Shown here: piece after piece, positions 58,575 through 64,000 of the stretch
Layout: every line of letters begins with the position of its first letter
Position numbering within the stretch: position 1 is the stretch's first letter
Assembly (NCBI GenBank): GCA_902500005.1
Contig: GCA_902500005.1_3678.1
Reading direction: 5' to 3' (one strand)
DNA: 64,000 nt
Origin: Escherichia coli
GTDB lineage: Bacteria; Pseudomonadota; Gammaproteobacteria; Enterobacterales; Enterobacteriaceae
Notes under the pieces: generated by a model
What the model was told of the DNA's origin: nothing
What the model saw: the letters and a program-made list of their open reading frames with translations, nothing else
Database searches by the model: none
Program-made: the position numbers and the translations under genes

Positions 58575-58599
58575 TACTTGAAAATTCCTGGCATATCAA

Positions 58600-59110
58600 G
58601 TATAAGGGGGATTTCTAAAATGGATTTCCTCCTTTTGATATTTCACCGGGCTGGATATTTTAAAATTCTTAGAAAATCAGAAAATGGATCGAAAACTAAA
58701 ATGGATTTTTCAGAGTAGGCGCGACAAGCTGAATAACTCATCCTATCGTTTGCACCATATTCCAGACCACCATTATAGATTTCCCACACATGCTAACCTC
58801 CCTCTACTAGAACTTCCTCCACTTACCCTTGACCTTCTATGGTAACAATCTAACCACTATCTTGAAGTTGCGGTGCAGCTTTCCAGGTACTCGATCTACT
58901 TTTCATTTCAGGGCTTGGATTTTCTGAAAATTTTTCTCGATAAATTTCTCAGTACTCGATCTGTTTTTCGTTTTCTGAATCGGATTTTCTGGAAATCGTT
59001 CCGGATCTCGACCTGAAATTTTTGGGGACGAAATCTATTTTTCGTTTTCAGAAATGGATTTTTAAAATTTCTATATGGGAATATTTTATGGGGCACTGTT
59101 TTATAGGAAA
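58600..59110. repeat. ORF-poor AT-rich region with iteron-like direct repeats
   Basis: ~22-nt unit tactcgatct(a/g)ttttc(a/g)ttt at 58888 and 58953 (related copy 59030); 15-nt unit ggattttctg(a/g)aaat at 58917 and 58982; (a)aaatggat variants at 58617, 58681, 58697, 59052. Confidence 0.55.
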
Positions 59111-59206
59111 TTGTTACGGAGGGTAATTAGCATGCTAATTAAATTTATTAAATGCGAGGGATTCTTATTTAGAATTTTGAATGATAATTATTCTCGTTTG
59201 CAGAAT

Positions 59207-59386
59207 AACGGGCAGGCCCGGTGATTGTCTCCCGGCCCCTGCTGCCCCGGCTTGTTATTATAGTATCACACAGGACAAAGAAGGCAAGGATTTTTTGCAT
59301 AAATTTTTAAATGATAATGATAACCGTTCTCATTTTATGAAGCGCCCATCCCCGGTGGTTGTCTCCCCCGTCACCGGTGCCTGCCG
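59207..59386. repeat. GC-rich repeat elements (two direct copies); inverted copy at 63888-63931
   Basis: ggcaggcccggtgattgtctccc (59207) and ccggtggttgtctcccccgtcaccggtgcctgcc (59350); reverse complement at 63890-63931. Confidence 0.5.
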
Positions 59387-59539
59387 TCCTTTCGATAGGT
59401 ATATTATGCCGCCTGGCGGGGCCGCTGTCAACACTTTTCAAAAAATTTTTCTAACCTGATGCGCTAACCGTTGCAACCTGGCGGGGCCAGCCTGGCAGGT
59501 CCGCACTATAAAGTAAACAGCTACAGAAGAGGTACAAAA

Positions 59540-59713
59540 ATGAAAGGTAATGCTACTCGCCTGGGAAATGTAGTGATTAATGATACGGAAGCTATCGCCC
59601 TGGTTGAAAAGGTTATGGCGGGAGCGTTGGAACATAAAGAAGAGTACGAAAAAATGGTGGTTAACCTGGCGGGGGCGGCAGGTGGATTCTATCATAAAAA
59701 TAATTTAAAATAG
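59540..59713 (+). CDS. hypothetical protein (57 aa)
   Basis: ATG after AGAAGAGG; track start 59471 lies in repeat region. Confidence 0.35.
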   Translation: MKGNATRLGNVVINDTEAIALVEKVMAGALEHKEEYEKMVVNLAGAAGGFYHKNNLK

Positions 59714-59716
59714 TCG

Positions 59717-59744
59717 TTGACAACAAGGTTAATCATGGTATTAT
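59717..59744 (+). promoter_or_regulatory. sigma70-like promoter
   Basis: TTGACA-16 nt-TATTAT. Confidence 0.5.
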
Positions 59745-59794
59745 TACCCTACAAGGTGAACAACACCGCACTAACCAGTAAAGAGGATAAATTT

Positions 59795-59992
59795 ATGAAC
59801 GCATACGGGATCAAAGTACGTCGCAACACTCGCCAGGTGGTCACCAATCAAGTGATTTGCCGGGTGGATGTAACCATCAACAACGGGCAAGGCCTTTATA
59901 AATTTCGTCGCGGTCATAGCTATACCCTGCAACAGCTTAATCGTTGCGCCCTGACAAAAGGTCAGATCAACCACTGGTTTAATAAAAAATAA
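59795..59992 (+). CDS. hypothetical protein (65 aa)
   Basis: ATG after AAGAGGA; track start 59717 is TTG of the -35 element. Confidence 0.4.
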   Translation: MNAYGIKVRRNTRQVVTNQVICRVDVTINNGQGLYKFRRGHSYTLQQLNRCALTKGQINHWFNKK

Positions 59993-59995
59993 GTA

Positions 59996-60024
59996 TTGAC
60001 ATACAGTCCGACACCAAATACACT
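59996..60024 (+). promoter_or_regulatory. sigma70-like promoter
   Basis: TTGACA-17 nt-TACACT. Confidence 0.5.
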
Positions 60025-60056
60025 AAAAGCACAAAAGACACTAAGAGGATAAAATC

Positions 60057-60455
60057 ATGAAAACCACTACCTTTAATTTTGATAATGCAGACTTTTCTTT
60101 TTCTGATGTCAAGAACTGCCGCCGTGATCGTGGATTTTACAAGGCTTATAATCTGGTGGGCCTGGACGATGACAATAATTTGCACGAAGTAGCTGAGATC
60201 CGGTATTATGCCGCCGCCAGCGGGAACACTCACTACTGCGTGTTTTGGATTCACGACAACAAGAACAATAAGTACGGTTATACTGGCGGCAAGGCGAGCG
60301 GTCACGGTTACGATAAAGCTAACGCAGCACTTGAGAGCGCATTAAATGCTATGGGGATCACTGCCGACGGCTGGATCTACGAAGAAGAGTTTTTGTCGGC
60401 ACTTGCTGACCACCTGGGCTATAAAAAACACATTGTAACATGCGCCCACGAATAA
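60057..60455 (+). CDS. hypothetical protein (132 aa)
   Basis: ATG after AAGAGGA. Confidence 0.45.
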   Translation: MKTTTFNFDNADFSFSDVKNCRRDRGFYKAYNLVGLDDDNNLHEVAEIRYYAAASGNTHYCVFWIHDNKNNKYGYTGGKASGHGYDKANAALESALNAMGITADGWIYEEEFLSALADHLGYKKHIVTCAHE

Positions 60456-60461
60456 AAATCA

Positions 60462-60489
60462 TTGACACGCTGCAAAATTTAAGTAAACT
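60462..60489 (+). promoter_or_regulatory. sigma70-like promoter
   Basis: TTGACA-16 nt-TAAACT; followed by leader hairpin ggcgggaatgtttcccgcc. Confidence 0.5.
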
Positions 60490-60537
60490 AGACACAAAAG
60501 GCGGGAATGTTTCCCGCCAGCACAAAGGAAAAAGATC

Positions 60538-60933
60538 ATGAATAAGAACGTACGCCGCATCATGAACGAACTGGCAAACGATGAAAAAATTATTGATATG
60601 CATTTGGTCAACATTTGCCGCCGTTGTGTAACATATAACAACCGCGCCGCAAAAGCGCGTGAGATGAACGCAAAAGGCACCTTAAAGCCCTTTCAGGTGG
60701 TTGTAAAATCTATAACTAGCGCAGCAGGCCAGGCGCAGGACCACAACAACGAGAGCGCTAATATTGATCCGTCTTACGTAATGAAACGGATCCGGACTTG
60801 CAAGAATAAAGAGCAGGTATATAACGTCATAGATTGGCTGGACTCCCTGGGCGATGTGGTTTACAATAGGTTTTCTGCAGCTATCGAGATCCAGCTTGAC
60901 AGATTGGACGGGAAAGTACTAAAAACTTATTGA
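60538..60933 (+). CDS. hypothetical protein (131 aa)
   Basis: ATG after AAGGAAAAAG. Confidence 0.45.
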   Translation: MNKNVRRIMNELANDEKIIDMHLVNICRRCVTYNNRAAKAREMNAKGTLKPFQVVVKSITSAAGQAQDHNNESANIDPSYVMKRIRTCKNKEQVYNVIDWLDSLGDVVYNRFSAAIEIQLDRLDGKVLKTY

Positions 60934-60951
60934 GTTTATTTTTAGATGGCC

Positions 60952-60981
60952 TTGACACCAGGGCCATCAATAAAGTAAACT
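60952..60981 (+). promoter_or_regulatory. sigma70-like promoter inside a palindrome (copy 1 of a 45-bp direct repeat)
   Basis: ATGGCC-TTGACACCAG-GGCCAT; -10 TAAACT; 45-bp repeat 60936-60980 = 61557-61601. Confidence 0.5.
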
Positions 60982-61013
60982 AACCACAGTTGAGCGGAAA
61001 AGGAGGCTTAAAG

Positions 61014-61133
61014 ATGAGCACTACACGCCAGCACACAAAGGTAACCATCATCGTTTGCATCATTGGGTACATCCTGGCGCAAATGTTGATGGGTAGCGCC
61101 AACGGTGTCGCAAAATTTTTCTTAAACTTTTAA
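61014..61133 (+). CDS. small hydrophobic protein (39 aa)
   Basis: ATG 7 nt after AAGGAGG; not in ORF track (below its size cutoff); predicted TM segment. Confidence 0.3.
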   Translation: MSTTRQHTKVTIIVCIIGYILAQMLMGSANGVAKFFLNF

Positions 61134-61161
61134 TTGACAAGCTAACTTAAATCGATATAAT
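61134..61161 (+). promoter_or_regulatory. sigma70-like promoter (consensus)
   Basis: TTGACA-16 nt-TATAAT. Confidence 0.55.
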
Positions 61162-61212
61162 AAGCACATAAACGGGAAAACTTCCCAGAACACACAAAAG
61201 GAGAAAAACACC

Positions 61213-61554
61213 ATGACTACTATGACCGCCTCAGAAAAAGCTATGCAGATCGCTGAACTGAAAAAACAGATCGCAGACCTTGAGAATAAGATCGATAACT
61301 TTGAAATCGACGAGGACAAGTACGACGAAAACTATGATGAATGGTTAGACGAGATCTACGGCGAAATTATGATCGGAAACATTTCTTTTCTTCCGTCGCG
61401 TATCCTCAAGGAGCTAGATCCTATCGCTTACCGCTGCGGATTTAGCGACTACATCGACAGCCTGGATATTGAGGACGATGAAGAATACCAGGAATTACAG
61501 ACAGAGTTAGAAGAAGCAAAAGAAGAGCTTGCGGAGCTGGAAGAAAACGAGTAA
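61213..61554 (+). CDS. highly acidic coiled-coil protein (113 aa)
   Basis: ATG after AAGGAG; Asp/Glu-rich (…DEDKYDENYDEWLDEIYGE…DIEDDEEYQELQTELEEAKEELAELEENE). Confidence 0.45.
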   Translation: MTTMTASEKAMQIAELKKQIADLENKIDNFEIDEDKYDENYDEWLDEIYGEIMIGNISFLPSRILKELDPIAYRCGFSDYIDSLDIEDDEEYQELQTELEEAKEELAELEENE

Positions 61555-61572
61555 GCTTATTTTTAGATGGCC

Positions 61573-61602
61573 TTGACACCAGGGCCATCAATAAAGTAAA
61601 CT
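61573..61602 (+). promoter_or_regulatory. sigma70-like promoter inside a palindrome (copy 2 of the 45-bp direct repeat)
   Basis: Identical to 60936-60980 element. Confidence 0.5.
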
Positions 61603-61643
61603 TTATACTGTTAACACTGAACTAATGCATAGGAGTTAAAACC

Positions 61644-61889
61644 ATGGCAGCACTAATCACCAAATATTATGCCCCTACCAACACCAAAAGCGCCCGTATC
61701 ATGGTAAAAGGCTTCGGACGTAAAAAGGTGTACACCTGGGATTATGCCTTAGACACGGAAGACAACTACACCAACGCAATGACCGATTTTATTAATGAAC
61801 TAAATAAGCAGATCTTGACAAGTTATAAAGTGACCGATATTGCTTATATAGGTGAAGGCGGGATCTGTTTTGTAGGCATTGTGAAATAG
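61644..61889 (+). CDS. hypothetical protein (81 aa)
   Basis: ATG after TAGGAG. Confidence 0.45.
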   Translation: MAALITKYYAPTNTKSARIMVKGFGRKKVYTWDYALDTEDNYTNAMTDFINELNKQILTSYKVTDIAYIGEGGICFVGIVK

Positions 61890-61963
61890 TTATTTTTTCG
61901 GTGGTCCTGGTTGCAGGGCCATCTATAAAGATAATTTATTAACACCATGAAAGGAGAAAGTAC

Positions 61964-62317
61964 ATGATCAGCGGGGCAAGTTTTATTATTGGCGCTATTG
62001 CTACGGCTTTAATTGTAAATAAGATCCAGGATAAAAAGGAAAGAGGAAGTACCGCCCTTGCAGAATATCCATTTTGGGCATTCAACGATAACGAAGATTA
62101 TATTATAAAGTATAAAAATAAAGAAGGTGACCAAGTAACACCGCGACCGATCCCGGCTTACAAAATGCAGGAAACACTATACCGCCTGGAGGCGGGGGGC
62201 GCAAAAATTGTAGACTTTTGGGGATACGACCACACAGATCAGGAAGTTATAAAGCGCCGTATCCGGGCTATTCAGGCCAATATTGAAGTTAGCAAGGGGG
62301 GAATATATGAAAATTAA
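61964..62317 (+). CDS. hypothetical protein with N-terminal TM segment (117 aa)
   Basis: ATG after AAAGGAGAAAG. Confidence 0.45.
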   Translation: MISGASFIIGAIATALIVNKIQDKKERGSTALAEYPFWAFNDNEDYIIKYKNKEGDQVTPRPIPAYKMQETLYRLEAGGAKIVDFWGYDHTDQEVIKRRIRAIQANIEVSKGGIYEN

Positions 62318-62504
62318 TTTCGAGAAAATTGTAAAGCGCCCTCATGATTCCGAAGAGCTGCCAGAACGCCGCCAGCGTAACAATAAACTGAATAAGCCAA
62401 AAAGGTTTGGGAAGATCTGGCGTAATCATTATGATCGTAAATTGCCCGGCCTACTTTTGGAACGTGAACGACAGGCAGAACGATACCGCCATAAAGACAA
62501 ATAA
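62307..62504 (+). CDS. basic hypothetical protein (65 aa)
   Basis: ATG after AAGGGGGG (track start 62283 is further upstream). Confidence 0.35.
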   Translation: MKINFEKIVKRPHDSEELPERRQRNNKLNKPKRFGKIWRNHYDRKLPGLLLERERQAERYRHKDK

Positions 62505-62510
62505 CAACCA

Positions 62511-62540
62511 ACGCCCCGCCATTGTGCGGGGCTTTTTATT
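62511..62540 (+). terminator. rho-independent terminator
   Basis: gccccgccattgtgcggggc + tttttatttc. Confidence 0.6.
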
Positions 62541-62661
62541 TCTATCCTACGAATAGCGCCCCTGGTTGGCCCTGTAAGCGCCAAAAAGGCCCCCACCTAT
62601 GCAATCGCCCCTTTAACCTGAAAACATCGCCCAGGGCCGTTTCATGGCGTTAAAAATATCA

Positions 62662-62689
62662 TTGACATCGTCAACAGGTTAGCTATACT
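62662..62689 (+). promoter_or_regulatory. sigma70-like promoter
   Basis: TTGACA-16 nt-TATACT. Confidence 0.5.
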
Positions 62690-62721
62690 AACCACATCAA
62701 AGAGAGAAAGGAGTAAACGCC

Positions 62722-62982
62722 ATGCGTAAATTAAAAAATTTTGATAAAGTTGATGTTATCCTGAATAATTTTTACTACTGCAACAACAAGGCTATTTGGT
62801 GGCGTGATAGTTCCACCGATAAAGTCAGGGCGCGCTTTCTTCAGGGGCACTGGCAAGGCCGCCCAGTGATTAAAATCATGGGGCAATTGGTAGCGTTTAA
62901 AAATTGCCGCCGTGTTGATGACGTTGAGGAGATTTTAAACATTTTGCGCCACAATAATTTAAAAAATAGTGTTGACAAGTAA
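62722..62982 (+). CDS. hypothetical protein (86 aa)
   Basis: ATG after AAAGGAG. Confidence 0.45.
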   Translation: MRKLKNFDKVDVILNNFYYCNNKAIWWRDSSTDKVRARFLQGHWQGRPVIKIMGQLVAFKNCRRVDDVEEILNILRHNNLKNSVDK

Positions 62983-62999
62983 GCCTCAATAAGTATACT
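62972..62999 (+). promoter_or_regulatory. sigma70-like promoter
   Basis: TTGACA-16 nt-TATACT; followed by leader hairpin ggcgggaaaacttcccgcc. Confidence 0.5.
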
Positions 63000-63056
63000 T
63001 AAACACACAGGCGGGAAAACTTCCCGCCACTAACAAAGAAAATAGGAGAAAATATC

Positions 63057-63194
63057 ATGACCACCGTTAACATTACCGCAGGTTACAATTTATCTTTCGA
63101 CGTGCTGACCGACGAACAAAAAGAAAAAGCCGTTGAAATGGTCCGCGAAAGAGAAGAACACAGCGGGGATAACTTTTTTGCAGAAAGAGGATAG
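63057..63194 (+). CDS. small acidic protein (45 aa)
   Basis: ATG after TAGGAG; not in ORF track (below its size cutoff). Confidence 0.3.
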   Translation: MTTVNITAGYNLSFDVLTDEQKEKAVEMVREREEHSGDNFFAERG

Positions 63195-63199
63195 ACACA

Positions 63200-63484
63200 A
63201 TGAAAAAGATGATCGCAGTAGTTGCCCTGGTTGTTGGACTTAATGCGCCTGTAATGGCTAAAGAGCTGGCAAAAGAGGTTGATCTAACGGATATCCATGC
63301 CGTCAATCAAATCGGGGTTACTTATCGCTTATGCCTTGCCGCTAAAACTTTTAATGACGGTACAACAGAGTACTACGGATTCGAGGGTATCCGGTGCGGT
63401 GAGCTTGCTCGCGACCTTAAGGAAGATCCAGACCTGGAGGATCTACCCATAACCGTGAACGGTAAAGCTTACGTTAACCGTTAA
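63200..63484 (+). CDS. secreted small protein with signal peptide (94 aa)
   Basis: MKKMIAVVALVVGLNAPVMA-KE: Sec-type signal with AxA-like site. Confidence 0.45.
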   Translation: MKKMIAVVALVVGLNAPVMAKELAKEVDLTDIHAVNQIGVTYRLCLAAKTFNDGTTEYYGFEGIRCGELARDLKEDPDLEDLPITVNGKAYVNR

Positions 63485-63633
63485 CCGTGAAAAAGATAAT
63501 CATTACCTTGGGGATTGTGGCGGGATCGCTGGCGCTCTTTCCCCTTATGGTTAGATATGTGCTGATCAGTATTGTCCTGGTGGTCAGTGATCTACTAGAA
63601 ACGGTTGGCACCTTGTTTTAAAGAGCGATAAAA

Positions 63634-63825
63634 ATGAATGTTGAACAAGTTAGAAAGGTATTGGCGGTACTGCGTTATCATAATCATAGAAAGGTCATAG
63701 ACGATCCTGATTATGTTGATTCAAGTCTGGAAGAGGATACACTACAAGCCATAAGTAACATGCAAGAATTGCTAAAGCGCATGACAGAGAAAAACCGACC
63801 GGACTACATAGGCGAAAAAATATAA
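63634..63825 (+). CDS. hypothetical protein (63 aa)
   Basis: ATG start. Confidence 0.4.
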   Translation: MNVEQVRKVLAVLRYHNHRKVIDDPDYVDSSLEEDTLQAISNMQELLKRMTEKNRPDYIGEKI

Positions 63826-63841
63826 TCCTTATTAACTAGAA

Positions 63842-63872
63842 AACAGGGCTTGCAATGGTCCTGTTTTTTGTT
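63842..63872 (+). terminator. rho-independent terminator
   Basis: acagggcttgcaatggtcctgt + tttttg. Confidence 0.5.
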
Positions 63873-63887
63873 ATACTTATTACACGG

Positions 63888-63931
63888 CAGGCACCTGGCG
63901 ACGGGGGGGGGGGAGACAATCACCGGGCCTG
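63888..63931. repeat. inverted copy of the 59.2-59.4 kb GC-rich element, containing a G11 homopolymer tract
   Basis: cggcaggcacctggcgacg-G11-agacaatcaccgggcctgcc is the reverse complement of the 59350/59207 elements; G-run 63903-63913. Confidence 0.5.
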
Positions 63932-63958
63932 CCTGTCATATAAGAACTATAAAAACCG

Positions 63959-63987
63959 TTGACATCTGCCAGGTGGTGGGGTAACAT
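63959..63987 (+). promoter_or_regulatory. sigma70-like promoter
   Basis: TTGACA-17 nt-TAACAT. Confidence 0.4.
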
Positions 63988-64000
63988 TTATCTTGAAGGG

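Noticed and set aside
58908-59096. 62-aa - strand ORF in the iteron-like region
   Set aside because: Low-complexity translation of the direct repeats, no start context; the region is better explained as non-coding repeats.
58600-59110. Possible CRISPR array
   Set aside because: The repeats are of at least two different unit types, irregularly spaced and partly overlapping, with no uniform repeat-spacer periodicity and no cas genes.
59181-59459. 92-aa ORF in the 59.2-59.4 kb region
   Set aside because: It coincides with the GC-rich repeat elements, has no ribosome-binding site and a Pro/Cys/Gly-rich composition driven by the repeats; more likely non-coding.
1-64000. Assignment to a specific phage genus (T5-like, T1-like, lambda-like, or a myovirus with P2-type baseplate)
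   Set aside because: The gene mix is mosaic (lambda gpK/gpJ-like tail tip, baseplate-J-like N-terminal similarity, T7-like polymerase C-terminus and primase-helicase) and cannot be resolved without database searches; only class-level assignment is supported.
1-64000. Integrase, repressor or other lysogeny / mobile-element genes apart from the intron
   Set aside because: No tyrosine/serine recombinase or transposase motifs were seen in any ORF; the content is consistent with a strictly lytic phage segment.

Overview
This window looks like part of a virulent tailed dsDNA phage genome (Caudoviricetes) with E. coli-like expression signals; all calls are from reading the sequence and motif recall, with no database search. 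It has three transcription blocks. (1) 1-25.5 kb, + strand: a tail-tip and tail-fibre operon with a lambda gpK-like NlpC/P60 protein, a lambda gpJ-like 1199-aa central fibre protein, two paralogous fibre cassettes, and giant fibre proteins of 1479 and 1878 aa, closed by a bidirectional terminator. (2) 25.5-32.6 kb, - strand: an accessory block with a HAD phosphatase, four tandem divergent small paralogs, a metallopeptidase-vWA protein and an HNH-like protein. (3) 32.6-64 kb, + strand: replication and early genes, including an AAA_5 ATPase, a secreted SleB-like hydrolase, a GHKL (Hsp90/MORC-like) ATPase, a Dda-like helicase, a compact C5-methyltransferase-like protein, a primase-helicase, an SSB-like protein and a macro-domain protein, followed by many small ORFs each behind a near-consensus sigma70 promoter. 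The strongest finding is that the family A DNA polymerase gene is split at motif C by an ~843-bp group I intron carrying an HNH homing endonuclease ORF. No rRNA, tRNA or CRISPR array was found. Several ORF-track starts were moved to the nearest in-frame start codon with a Shine-Dalgarno sequence. Most small ORFs have no recognisable function.
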